From Fidelibacterota bacterium (GTDB taxonomy: Bacteria > Fidelibacterota > UBA8477 > JABMPR01), in contig JAERTG010000023.1 in NCBI GenBank assembly GCA_016845065.1, positions 167,553-231,552 of the forward strand: 64,000 nt of DNA. Reading direction: 5' to 3'. Positions 1 to 9,846 of this stretch are shown in pieces; the first letter of the stretch is position 1; each line of letters starts with the position of its first letter. The translations under genes were made by a program, and so were the position numbers. Below the pieces are notes generated by a model that was not told where the DNA came from, did no database searches, and saw nothing but the letters and a program-made list of their open reading frames with translations.

Positions 1-396
1 CTGGGCATGATACCCACTCTGGATTGTCATGTATGCCACAAGGCTGATTTCAGCCAGGATCTGCCTGCCCATGCTGACCTATCTCCAGTAACAGATTGCT
101 CAACCTGTCACGCCCCTACCCGGTGGGATCAAATATTAGCTATAAACCATGATGTCTTTTTCCCCATTCATAGTGGACAACATCGTGGCGAATGGAATGC
201 TTGCACCGATTGTCATGAGCAGTCAGGGGATTATCAGGTGTTTACATGTTTTGGATCTGGTTGCCATGATGAGGCTGACATGAACGATGAACATTGTGAG
301 GGCAATGATTGTGAACAACGTAGTGGACTCACTTACCCACGCACTGGAGTAAACTCAAATGACTGTCTTGCCTGTCACCCAAGAGGGAATGAATAA
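1..396 (+). CDS. Multiheme c-type cytochrome, C-terminal part (gene starts upstream of the window)
   Basis: Frame open from base 1; heme motifs CHVCH, CSTCH, CTDCH, CLACH plus CFGSGCH; HDxFFPIxSGxH spacer typical of repeat-rich multiheme cytochromes. Confidence 0.9.
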   Translation: MGMIPTLDCHVCHKADFSQDLPAHADLSPVTDCSTCHAPTRWDQILAINHDVFFPIHSGQHRGEWNACTDCHEQSGDYQVFTCFGSGCHDEADMNDEHCEGNDCEQRSGLTYPRTGVNSNDCLACHPRGNE

Positions 397-397
397 T

Positions 398-2014
398 ATG
401 CGGGGATTGATGAGTTGTCTCTTTATGCAAGGTGTATTGCCTATCATATTCATGACTTTGATTGTGGGCAGTTTATCTGGTCGAGAACTTGTAGAAGGCT
501 CCATTACTTATATCAGCCGCGATCAAGCCTATATTGATCTGGGGAAGAAGTCCGGTGTCCAAATTGGTGATAGTGTTCAAGTCTATCGTGATGATGTTTT
601 GTTGGGGGTTGCTCGCATTTCTCAATCAAGTGGAGCCTCCTCAGCTATGGAGGCACTGGAACCGGCAGATATTCCATGGGATATCGGTGATAATGTTGCA
701 CTCGAGGTCACTTTAGCGCAAATACCTCAAACCCCCACTATTGCTTCTTCTGAAGAAGCGACTAAATCGAAGCCAATGGCTCAGGTATTTCTGGATAGTA
801 GTTCTTATGCTCCTAGGACTCCCAGCAATATGACTCTGGATTCTGATAGATTTTCACCTGCATTTACGGGATACATCTCAACACGCGTCTCTGATAGAGG
901 TGGTGATACCAGCGGAGTACGAGAAACAACTGGCTCCATCTATGGTCAGTTCAAGATTTTGGACCTGGGAATAAGACACCTCGATGTAAGTACGTATGTG
1001 CGCAGCAATCGGTCATTCAGAGATTCCAGTTCCCATACAAGCATATACTCAATAATGATGAGTTATGACGATCCCAGCAGTCGTTTTAGCTATTTAATGG
1101 GACGTATGTACCATCCACAATTCTCTATGCTGGGCACCATAGACGGTCTAGGGATGACTTGGAGATCAAATCGCCGAGTGTTGGCTGTAGCGGCCGGTTT
1201 GATGTCAAATGTGAATGACATACAGGATCAGGTTCAACGTAATAAATTTGGAATCCTTGATGAGGAAAAATTCAAATGGGGTAAGATGCAATTTGGAGTT
1301 ATTGGGGAAACCGAATCTGGGGCATTCTCCAGAAATTATTTGCTACTAGGCTCTACCGCAAAGATTGGTTCAAAGCTACGACTTCGGGGCTATAGCGAAT
1401 TTGATCTCGATTTACAGGATCAATCTCAATTTCAGAGAACCCTGTCCCTCACTCGCTTCCGTGCTTCCGTCAGTTGGCGTCCATGGCGTTCATTCATTAG
1501 CTCCACTCGCTATAGTTACCGAGAAAATGTGGTAGATTTACTTGATACGGCACAAACCGAGTATGAAAAGGCAGCGAGACACACTTTTAATTCCAATCTT
1601 AGTTTCATGTTTGGATCTGGTCTGACTCTCACCGGTCAAGCCAGTTTCCGAGGGGATCACAGGAACCGGCAAATAAAAATCTTTGGCTTATCGATGAATC
1701 ACCGAAAATTTACCACTCAAGCCATTTCCCTGAATGCAGGTGGTATGCTAATGTTATCCTACTTAAGTGAAGGAGGTCGGGTATACGCCTCTCTGGGCAA
1801 GGCCGTACTCCCCTGGCTTGATGTCGATTTATACGATGAGATATTTCTCTACAAAATATTGGGTGAATCAAGTTTTAGAACCCGGCACCTGCCTGAAGTA
1901 TCGTTTTCTGCCAAAGTTCCTGGATTGCAGCGACTCAGAGTGCGTACCCGTTTTGAAATTGAAAAGGGTGAATTGCTTTATCGGATCAGTCTTTCTGCCT
2001 CAAGACAGTTTTGA
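398..2014 (+). CDS. Putative outer-membrane beta-barrel protein with small N-terminal beta domain
   Basis: ATG at 398 just after the cytochrome stop; signal-like N-terminus; amphipathic strands rich in aromatic/Gly/Ser/Arg; C-terminal Phe (SASRQF). Confidence 0.65.
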   Translation: MRGLMSCLFMQGVLPIIFMTLIVGSLSGRELVEGSITYISRDQAYIDLGKKSGVQIGDSVQVYRDDVLLGVARISQSSGASSAMEALEPADIPWDIGDNVALEVTLAQIPQTPTIASSEEATKSKPMAQVFLDSSSYAPRTPSNMTLDSDRFSPAFTGYISTRVSDRGGDTSGVRETTGSIYGQFKILDLGIRHLDVSTYVRSNRSFRDSSSHTSIYSIMMSYDDPSSRFSYLMGRMYHPQFSMLGTIDGLGMTWRSNRRVLAVAAGLMSNVNDIQDQVQRNKFGILDEEKFKWGKMQFGVIGETESGAFSRNYLLLGSTAKIGSKLRLRGYSEFDLDLQDQSQFQRTLSLTRFRASVSWRPWRSFISSTRYSYRENVVDLLDTAQTEYEKAARHTFNSNLSFMFGSGLTLTGQASFRGDHRNRQIKIFGLSMNHRKFTTQAISLNAGGMLMLSYLSEGGRVYASLGKAVLPWLDVDLYDEIFLYKILGESSFRTRHLPEVSFSAKVPGLQRLRVRTRFEIEKGELLYRISLSASRQF

Positions 2015-2025
2015 GACTAATCAAT

Positions 2026-2055
2026 AAACCCTCACCACTGGCGTGATGAGGGTTT
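2026..2055. terminator. Hairpin between convergent genes, probable intrinsic terminator
   Basis: AAACCCTCA (2026-2034) / TGAGGGTTT (2047-2055) inverted repeat between stops at 2014 and 2077. Confidence 0.6.
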
Positions 2056-2076
2056 GCATAGGATTCTTCTACTACT

Positions 2077-4506
2077 CTATTCGTAGCGTAAAGATTTCAC
2101 AGGATTGGCTACTGCTGCCTGATACGATTGCCAGGCTACTGTAAAAACTGCGACAACCATTGCAATCAACGAGGCTCCAACGAAAATCAGAATACTCATA
2201 TCAATCCGATAAGCATAATTTTGAAGCCATTCACCCATAGCATAGTAGGCTAGGGGAATCGCCAAAGCTACCGCAATCACCATGAGTTTGAGGGTATCCT
2301 TTGATAGGAGAAGAAGCACATTTGCTACAGAAGCTCCCAAGACTTTTCGGATACCAATCTCTTTGGTGCGCTTTTCAGCATTAAATGAGGCTAGTCCCAG
2401 GAGACCAAGGGTAGCAATAAATATCGCCAGCCCAGCAAACAAGAGGACAATATCAGCTGATTGTCGTTCAGTCCGATACAGTTCAGCATACAATTCATCG
2501 AAGTGAGAATACTCCAGAGCCTGTTCTCCAGCATAATTCTTCCATGTATTTTCTATGTGAGCCAGGATACCTTCCAGACGATTTGGATCATATTTAACAG
2601 TAACGAATTTGCCCCAGTTTGGTCTAAATCGAGCCGTTCCATCACCCATAAGAAACATTGCCATGGGACGAATCTCATTCTGTGGAGATTCGAAATGATA
2701 GTCTTCAACCACACCGATAATTTCAATGGGTACTGGATCCCTGCGGAAAAACGTCAGAAGGTCCTTGCCAACAGGATCCTCAACACCGAACGCCTTAACC
2801 GCAGCTTGATTCAGGATAACCCCATTGGTATCCGATCCTCGCTCTCTTGAGAAAAAGCGACCTTCGGCCATGCTGAGTTCATACACATCAGCATAATCGT
2901 GATCCACTAGGAAGCTGGCTACCAGTCGGGTTTCCTCAACACCGTTCACGACCATGGTAGAGGCATTTCCATTGACACCGTCTTCATTTCCTGGGATAAC
3001 CGTACTGTTACTTACTATAATTGCACCAGGATCATCCCTCAGACTGGCTTTAAAGGCCTGAATTGTACGTCCAATATCATCCGTTTTCTCTACAATCAGT
3101 AGATTATCAGGATTTAGTCCTAAATCCTTTGTCTGGATGAAATTCAGTTGATCTCTAATTATCATTGTCGAAATAAGCAGGGTTACCGATACTGAAAACT
3201 GAAAAATAACCAAACCGTTTCGTAACCAATTTCCACCCTTAGATGTAACTGTATTTCCTTTTAGAACCTTGAGTGGGTTGAAAGAGGACAACAAAAAAGC
3301 AGGGTAGCTTCCGGCAAGTAATCCCACTGGTATAACCCAAAGCAATATGATAGGTAGGTCCGATAAGCTCAATGTCAAAGGGGTATCAATCAATTCTGCA
3401 AACCAGGGTAAAATGGACTGTACCATCACGATCGCGAGTGAAAATGCAATAAAGGTCACAAATATGGATTCAGCAAGAAATTGGATAATTATTTGTCTGC
3501 GAGTCCCACCCAGGGTCTTGCGAATTCCTATTTCACGTGCGCGACTCATTGATCTAGCAGTAGATAAATTCATATAATTAATACAAGCTAGTAGAAGAAT
3601 AAAAATGGCTATATATCCAAATATTTTCACGGTTTGTCCATCACCATTCACCTCAAATTCCCCTAACAACTGTGAGTACAAATGAATGTCAGTTAAGGGT
3701 GTGAGAAAGAATGCGTATGCATCTCCCCTCTCTACTAATTGGTCAAATGATATACCGAGGAATTGCTGGACTTCTGGTCCCACGTACTTTTTGATCAGAT
3801 CAGGGAATTTTGCTTCGAACTCAGCTGCACTGGCACCATCAGCAAGCAGCAAATAGGTCTGAAAATTATTACTTAACCAGTTTGCATTACGATCAGGATT
3901 ATAAGAAACCATCGATCCCAGAAAGTCAAAATGCCAGTGTGAATTATCTGGGAATTCCTGAACCACGCCAGTCACGGTAAAATCGGTTCTATTATCAGAA
4001 TTGAGCACTTTCCCGAGAGGATCGACATCACCAAAGTACTTTTTAGCCATACGTTCAGTAATCACAACGCTAAAGGGTTGTGTCAGGGCCGTTTTAGGGT
4101 CGCCGAGTACCATGGGGATGGTGAATACGTCAAAAACCGTTGAATCTGCCTGGAACCAACGCTCCTCAGAAAAGACCTTATCTTCATAACGCAAGACTGG
4201 GAACCCTGTATTTCGGATGCGTGTATAGTTAACCACTTCAGGATATTCTTCCAGCATGGTAGGTCCAGCAGGAGCAGCCGAATTAGTCATTCTAAACTCA
4301 TTGTCCCCCAGTTTACCTTCAAGATTCAAACGATAAATGTTATCAGCACTGCCATGGAATCTATCAAAGCTTCTTTCATAATCGACAAACATCAGGATCA
4401 GGATACAAGTGGTCACACCGATAGCCAATCCTACTATATTGATAAAGGCATATAATCTTTGCTTAATCAGAGATCTAAACGCCACTTTTATATAACTTAA
4501 CCACAT
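2077..4506 (-). CDS. MacB/FtsX-family ABC exporter permease (two MacB-type halves)
   Basis: YAFINIVGLAIG start, RAREIGIRKTLG and RTKEIGIRKVLGA motifs, NPVKSLRYE end. Confidence 0.93.
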   Translation of the reverse strand: MWLSYIKVAFRSLIKQRLYAFINIVGLAIGVTTCILILMFVDYERSFDRFHGSADNIYRLNLEGKLGDNEFRMTNSAAPAGPTMLEEYPEVVNYTRIRNTGFPVLRYEDKVFSEERWFQADSTVFDVFTIPMVLGDPKTALTQPFSVVITERMAKKYFGDVDPLGKVLNSDNRTDFTVTGVVQEFPDNSHWHFDFLGSMVSYNPDRNANWLSNNFQTYLLLADGASAAEFEAKFPDLIKKYVGPEVQQFLGISFDQLVERGDAYAFFLTPLTDIHLYSQLLGEFEVNGDGQTVKIFGYIAIFILLLACINYMNLSTARSMSRAREIGIRKTLGGTRRQIIIQFLAESIFVTFIAFSLAIVMVQSILPWFAELIDTPLTLSLSDLPIILLWVIPVGLLAGSYPAFLLSSFNPLKVLKGNTVTSKGGNWLRNGLVIFQFSVSVTLLISTMIIRDQLNFIQTKDLGLNPDNLLIVEKTDDIGRTIQAFKASLRDDPGAIIVSNSTVIPGNEDGVNGNASTMVVNGVEETRLVASFLVDHDYADVYELSMAEGRFFSRERGSDTNGVILNQAAVKAFGVEDPVGKDLLTFFRRDPVPIEIIGVVEDYHFESPQNEIRPMAMFLMGDGTARFRPNWGKFVTVKYDPNRLEGILAHIENTWKNYAGEQALEYSHFDELYAELYRTERQSADIVLLFAGLAIFIATLGLLGLASFNAEKRTKEIGIRKVLGASVANVLLLLSKDTLKLMVIAVALAIPLAYYAMGEWLQNYAYRIDMSILIFVGASLIAMVVAVFTVAWQSYQAAVANPVKSLRYE

Positions 4507-4539
4507 ATTACCACTCCTATTTGGTGTATAGTAGATCTC

Positions 4540-5229
4540 CTAGACATGAAAATTCCCGTTCAGGGTTTCATCTGCAATCTTACCATCGAATAAATTCACA
4601 GTCCGATTCCCGTACGCAGCATAGGCTGGGGAGTGTGTCACCATGACGATGGTTGTACCCTGCTTATTCAAATCCTTCAGCAAGTTCATCACTTCATCGC
4701 CATGTTGGGAATCAAGATTTCCAGTTGGTTCATCTGCGAGGACAATTTTTGGGTTGGTTATCAGGGCTCTAGATACAGCAACACGCTGCTGCTGTCCTCC
4801 AGAGAGTTGCTGCGGATAATGACTACTTCTATGGCCTACACCCATCTTTTCCAGCATGGTACTGACACGCTCTTTGCGCTCAGCAGTGGGAACGCCAAGA
4901 TAGAGTAAGGGTAGTTCAACATTTTCAAATACACTGAGCTCGTCTATGAGATTAAAGCTTTGGAATACAAAGCCAATATTCTCTTTGCGGAAATCTGCTC
5001 GTTGTGTTTCTGAGTAGTCACTTACTTCTTCTCCCAGAAAATGGAACTTACCTGAACTGGGATTGTCCAGTAAACCAAGGACATTCATCAAGGTGGACTT
5101 ACCACAACCTGAAGGTCCCATAATGGATACAAATTCACCCTCATTTATGTTGAGATCAATTTCGTTCAATGCTGTAGTTTCCACTTCGTCTGAGCGAAAT
5201 ACTTTATTGAGTTTTTCCGTCTTTATCAT
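4540..5229 (-). CDS. ABC transporter ATP-binding subunit (MacB/LolD type)
   Basis: Walker [10 protein letters not shown], signature LSGGQQQR, Walker [12 protein letters not shown]-loop VTH. Confidence 0.96.
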   Translation of the reverse strand: MIKTEKLNKVFRSDEVETTALNEIDLNINEGEFVSIMGPSGCGKSTLMNVLGLLDNPSSGKFHFLGEEVSDYSETQRADFRKENIGFVFQSFNLIDELSVFENVELPLLYLGVPTAERKERVSTMLEKMGVGHRSSHYPQQLSGGQQQRVAVSRALITNPKIVLADEPTGNLDSQHGDEVMNLLKDLNKQGTTIVMVTHSPAYAAYGNRTVNLFDGKIADETLNGNFHV

Positions 5230-5252
5230 TGTATTCTCCTAGATTGATTTTT

Positions 5253-6509
5253 TCATGTTTCATTTTTAAAAAATAATTGCTCGTAGTCTCCAAACTGGTG
5301 GTAGCTACTTGTAATGACTTGATCACCAGGCTCGAGGCCTTCAAGAACTTCATAATAATCCTGATTTTGTCTCCCAAGCTTCACTTCACGCTTACTGGCA
5401 CTTTGACCACCTTCATCCAGGACATAGACCCATTGGCCTCCAGTTTCTTGATAAAATCCACCTCGTCTTAAAAGAATAGCTTCCGATGAGTTACCCAGCT
5501 CCAGACGCATGTGGATGGTTTGACCACGTCGAATGTCTTCTGGCTCAATCTCCTCAAAGCCGAGTTCAATGCGAAACTGACCGTTGACCACTTCAGGATA
5601 TATCTTGTTTAGAAGAACGGTGTATTCTTTGGAGCCTATACTAAAATGTGCAGGCTGGTTAAGCTGAACTCGAGTGATGAAGTGTTCATCAACGGGAGCG
5701 CTGACCTTAAATCCATCCAGGATATCTATCTGTCCCAGACGTTCTCCTCGAACCTTCGCTTCACCGATTTCTGCATTTAAAGAGGTTAATTGACCAGATA
5801 CTGGGGCAGTGATTACAAGATTATCCAAGTTTTGTTTCACGATTTCCATATTATCCTGCATGCGCTGCAGACCACTTTCCAACTGTTCCACCTGAACTTC
5901 CCGGTAGATTGAGTCCTGCTCAAATGATTGGAGTGTAAGAACGCGTTTTTTTACCAAAAATTGATAATCGTCCCTGCTGGATTCGTATTCTTCGCTGGAG
6001 ATCATGTCCTTATCAGCAAGTTTATCATTGCGCTCGTAGATACGTTTTGCTTGCAGTATTTGATAATCCAGATCCAATAATTGGGACTGGATGTTCAGGC
6101 GATTTTGCTGCATAGCTAATTTGGTATTACGAAGGTTATTGCTCTGCTGGAATAGCTCTGCTTCCCGATACATGATATCAAGCAATAAATTTGTATTTGC
6201 CAGACTGATTATCTTGTCACCTTTCTGAACATAAGTGCCTGCTTCGATATACCTTGATTCTACCCTACCACCTTCAATTGCATCAAGGAAATAAGTTTTG
6301 ATAGGAACTACGGCTCCGCTGAAAGCAATGAACTCCTGGAATTCTCCATTTTCTACGGTGCTGATGCCTATGCGACGATTGTCAATTTTTAAACTATCAT
6401 TACGCTTAGCACCCACGACAAGTGCTGAAATGATTACAATAGCCGCCCCTGCGATAAGAGTGTAGGGCTTATATTTGCTCCATGCAGATCTTTCAATTAT
6501 TTTATCCAT
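5253..6509 (-). CDS. Periplasmic adaptor (membrane fusion protein, HlyD/MacA family) of the ABC exporter
   Basis: N-terminal TM anchor, lipoyl half-motifs GGRVE..GTYVQKGD and ITAPVSGQL, long coiled coil, EVLEGLEPGDQVI. Confidence 0.92.
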   Translation of the reverse strand: MDKIIERSAWSKYKPYTLIAGAAIVIISALVVGAKRNDSLKIDNRRIGISTVENGEFQEFIAFSGAVVPIKTYFLDAIEGGRVESRYIEAGTYVQKGDKIISLANTNLLLDIMYREAELFQQSNNLRNTKLAMQQNRLNIQSQLLDLDYQILQAKRIYERNDKLADKDMISSEEYESSRDDYQFLVKKRVLTLQSFEQDSIYREVQVEQLESGLQRMQDNMEIVKQNLDNLVITAPVSGQLTSLNAEIGEAKVRGERLGQIDILDGFKVSAPVDEHFITRVQLNQPAHFSIGSKEYTVLLNKIYPEVVNGQFRIELGFEEIEPEDIRRGQTIHMRLELGNSSEAILLRRGGFYQETGGQWVYVLDEGGQSASKREVKLGRQNQDYYEVLEGLEPGDQVITSSYHQFGDYEQLFFKNET

Positions 6510-6521
6510 TATTTTCCCAAA

Positions 6522-6602
6522 CTAGCTGTTTGCACCCTCACGAATGCTCAATTTGTCTCGAATTTCGTTTCGCTTCGAATGCAGGTTTCGAGTAAGTGTC
6601 AT
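6522..6602 (-). CDS. Putative 26-aa small ORF (MTLTRNLHSKRNEIRDKLSIREGANS) ahead of the exporter operon
   Basis: ATG at 6602 preceded by AAAGGATGGT; TAG at 6522-6524, 12 nt before the adaptor start. Confidence 0.3.
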   Translation of the reverse strand: MTLTRNLHSKRNEIRDKLSIREGANS

Positions 6603-6614
6603 ACCATCCTTTAT

Positions 6615-6631
6615 CACAAGGCCCATGCCAA
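6615..6631 (-). promoter_or_regulatory. Candidate sigma54 (-24/-12) promoter
   Basis: Minus strand TTGGCATGGGCCTTGTG = GG-N10-GT versus consensus TGGCAC-N5-TTGC; 13 nt upstream of the small ORF. Confidence 0.5.
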
Positions 6632-7201
6632 GGTTGCAGAAGACAACCCTATGTTACTGTTTCATATTTGGTTAGGATATATTCTGACAGCAAAGTCAAA
6701 ATGAATTCGCCAATATTATTACTCATATCGATATAGAATGCATATCAATTATATATGGTTATTCAATATTATTGGATCAATCGTTCTATTCCATGTGAGA
6801 GCTGTTTATAAAAAGAAAATAGTCCCGGAAATATCCGAGACTTGATGTCACCGAGAATGGTATTTCCGGTGAATAATTAATTAATGGATTATTGTAATAA
6901 GCTGATACATGTGAAAAAAGAAAGATGATTCGCCTTTGGATCATGGACTTTCTACGATTGTCAAGGTGGTCAGATTGCGATGGCAGAGATGAAATACTCA
7001 CCAGCAAATAGTAATAGACTACCCCTGACTGGATAGGAGTAAGAAACAAGATTTGAATCTATAGCTGACAGAATTCGAGGATCAAGGGTGAAACCTACAG
7101 AAAGCTCAGAGTCCTCGAATAGTTCAGACTCACTACTCAATTCAGCAAAGGATTCATCATGTCTACATTAGGATCTGAGAGAAATATATTGGGATTGCAC
7201 C

Positions 7202-7885
7202 CTACTTTGAAAGAGATTCATCAGAATATAGATTAATTTTATCCACATCATCCAAACCGGAAAGTTCCTTGACCAGGTCATTACCTTTTGATGAGTTTTT
7301 AAGCGTTACATAATAGGATATTTCGTACTGCTGACTACTTCCCAATGATCTTACGTTGATCATGGTGTGTGATCTGCAGTGTGACTGTATGATGCCTAAA
7401 TAGAGTGGTTCTCCCCCATTATGATCTCCGCTATAAGCAAACTGCAACAAATTTTCATCACTTCTGTGGGAACCATAACCAATTTTACTCATAACAAGAA
7501 GCACTACACTGATGCTTAATGTGCCAATTATTGCTATTTGAGCTAATCCTACGCCAGCAGCCAAACCTATGGTCAAAGAAAAGAATATAAATACGATGTC
7601 CATGGGATCTTTTACTGCAGTCCTAAAGCGGATGATAGACATGGCGCCTACTAACCCGAAAGCCCTAGCAAGATTATTTCCAATAACAATAATGACCACG
7701 GTTGTTATCATAGCCAATACTACAAGGGAATTGGAAATGCTCTTGGAATATGAAGCACCACCAAAAGTCATTTTATATGTCTGTGCGATAACCAAACCGC
7801 ACAAAAATGCTACGAGTAAGTTCAACAACACATCCCCAGTACGGATATTCATGTCCATAAGTGACTGTATATCTAGTAATTGCAT
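7202..7885 (-). CDS. DUF4956-family membrane protein
   Basis: IGNNLARAFGLVGAMSIIRFRTAVKDPMDIVFIF signature; TM helices then an ACT-like tail; adjacent to a VTC gene as usual for this family. Confidence 0.88.
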   Translation of the reverse strand: MQLLDIQSLMDMNIRTGDVLLNLLVAFLCGLVIAQTYKMTFGGASYSKSISNSLVVLAMITTVVIIVIGNNLARAFGLVGAMSIIRFRTAVKDPMDIVFIFFSLTIGLAAGVGLAQIAIIGTLSISVVLLVMSKIGYGSHRSDENLLQFAYSGDHNGGEPLYLGIIQSHCRSHTMINVRSLGSSQQYEISYYVTLKNSSKGNDLVKELSGLDDVDKINLYSDESLSK

Positions 7886-7896
7886 ACTTTCTCTTT

Positions 7897-8664
7897 CTAG
7901 TAATGACTCATAGAAACAATTTCATGTTTGGTGCAATCTCCAACATGTCGATAATGGGCATCTATTCCCCTTACGTATTTGGAGTAAGCCTGTTTTCTGA
8001 GATTGAACTTACGGATGACGCGTCGGAACCATTCAGGCATAGGGTTCTCAGATTTGTATTCTAAAACGAATTCATTTTCGAGAAAAGTAATCAGTTTTTT
8101 CTCCTCATAGAGATCACCCAGCCCTGGGAACATCAACGATCGAATTTGGCTATCCAGAGTAATACGGTCAGAATGATTAAATTTTCCGATATACGCTTCC
8201 CTCGTGTAGGTCACCAGGTTCACAGGAACACGTGAGCTACGCTTCAAGTAAAAGAGAAATTTACTAGCAGTTTTCTTGGATTTCGGAAAATCCTTGCGAT
8301 AAGGAAGAATGTTGTCCATTTCCTCGCCTGCAAACAGCTTATCCACATCAGCATATCTCAAGGGGGTTCTATCTTTTGAAATAAACGTATTATTCTTCCA
8401 CTTTATTTCCAAGAACACTTCACTATCTGCATTAACCTGGTTGTAGCCTCTCATGCGTAGTTTCTTGCGCATTTGAAGTCCTGCATGTTTCTCGTAATAA
8501 TCCTTCAATTCAAAAGTGTCAAAATAAATAGATCGAATCTCGTAAATATTGGATTTCTGCAGGGCCCGATGATTGTCGGCAATCACATAGGGGGAAATAG
8601 CTTTGCGAATCTCATCCATTGAATACATGGGGATGACATACTTATTTTCCTGACGACCGGGCAT
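7897..8664 (-). CDS. VTC-domain (polyphosphate polymerase, TTM/CYTH superfamily) protein
   Basis: RQENKY, IRSIYFDT, RKKLRMRGY, FLEIKWK, YTREAY, RITLD, VLEYK and SKY motifs. Confidence 0.9.
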   Translation of the reverse strand: MPGRQENKYVIPMYSMDEIRKAISPYVIADNHRALQKSNIYEIRSIYFDTFELKDYYEKHAGLQMRKKLRMRGYNQVNADSEVFLEIKWKNNTFISKDRTPLRYADVDKLFAGEEMDNILPYRKDFPKSKKTASKFLFYLKRSSRVPVNLVTYTREAYIGKFNHSDRITLDSQIRSLMFPGLGDLYEEKKLITFLENEFVLEYKSENPMPEWFRRVIRKFNLRKQAYSKYVRGIDAHYRHVGDCTKHEIVSMSHY

Positions 8665-8673
8665 CGCTACTTC

Positions 8674-9720
8674 CTAGAACAATTCGCTTAGCATTTGATA
8701 TACACTCTTCGAAGCAAAACTCACTGACGCTTCAAGTATTTGACCAGGAACAAGAACACCATCAGAATTGTCAATCCGAATTCGAACCAAAATTAATTGC
8801 TCGCTGCCTACTTTTAGGATTTGATCGTCTACTTGCAATTGCTCTGAGCTAACCGACTGCTGATAATTTGGACCCATCAGGGTTAACTCGGCTGTCCATT
8901 CGACCGTGCTATGGGAGCCGCCCTGAATAGGTAGGACAGCCACGAGAGTATCCACTTTCTCAACACTCATAAGGGTGTCTTCGGAAAGTGGGAATAATAA
9001 TTTTCCAGAAATTGGACTCACAAAAGTCATTTTGGTCAATACATCGCGTGCCAGTTCTAATTTTTTCTCCTCATCAGCTATTTGAGACCGGAAAACATCC
9101 AACTTTCTGGTTTGGGCACCGCTCAATGCTGATCCAAGATCTGCCTCAGCTATTGAAACTCTGATTGCATCAAGTCTTTCCCGACGCAGCTCAATATCAT
9201 ATTCCTGTTGAGGTATAATATTCCCATCAAGCAGGCTTTTGGATCTGTCTAGAATTTTCTGTTGCTCTTCAAGGCGTGCCCTGGTATAAGTCAGCCTGAG
9301 TCTGGCAGCTTCAATCTCAGTTTCCTTGCTACCGGACTGCTCAAATTCGAGTGAGGCTTTCAGAGTACTAATATTTCCTTCGAGGCTCACAATTTTATCT
9401 GCAAGTGTAGAAGAATACAACCAAGCCAGGGTATCCCCCTCTGTCACCATACTCTGAGAAATATTCGAATTGGTACGATAAACAACCAAGCCACCACGAT
9501 CTGGAACTAAACTTGTAGAACTAATAGTACGGTTATTCCATAAATCCTTATGATAAGTGGAGTAGGCACCACTTCCGTTCGTAATAACCTGATATTGACT
9601 CGAAGCAGTGACCACAGCTTTTTGTGACGTTCCCTGTGGAAATGGTACAAACAATAGCACCACAAATAATACTGCTGCAATTACAACATATGGGGTTGTT
9701 CGCTTGTGCTTTACAATCAT
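8674..9720 (-). CDS. HlyD-like membrane fusion protein with no adjacent transporter
   Basis: N-terminal TM, VTEGDTLA and FVSPISGKL half-motifs around a coiled-coil hairpin, NSDGVLVPGQ tail. Confidence 0.7.
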   Translation of the reverse strand: MIVKHKRTTPYVVIAAVLFVVLLFVPFPQGTSQKAVVTASSQYQVITNGSGAYSTYHKDLWNNRTISSTSLVPDRGGLVVYRTNSNISQSMVTEGDTLAWLYSSTLADKIVSLEGNISTLKASLEFEQSGSKETEIEAARLRLTYTRARLEEQQKILDRSKSLLDGNIIPQQEYDIELRRERLDAIRVSIAEADLGSALSGAQTRKLDVFRSQIADEEKKLELARDVLTKMTFVSPISGKLLFPLSEDTLMSVEKVDTLVAVLPIQGGSHSTVEWTAELTLMGPNYQQSVSSEQLQVDDQILKVGSEQLILVRIRIDNSDGVLVPGQILEASVSFASKSVYQMLSELF

Positions 9721-9846
9721 CGCGCTACCATCTTCCTAAATATTGACTCAAATAAGTTCCTAAGGTAGAAGACGCTTTTTAAGGATATCCATCTGCTCAA
9801 AAACTTAAGTCATGAATCCCGAATTTTCAGCTATTCTAATATATTT

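Noticed and set aside
6786..7049. 87-aa minus-strand ORF in the intergenic gap
   Set aside because: TTG start without RBS, no recognisable motif, composition typical of AT-rich non-coding DNA
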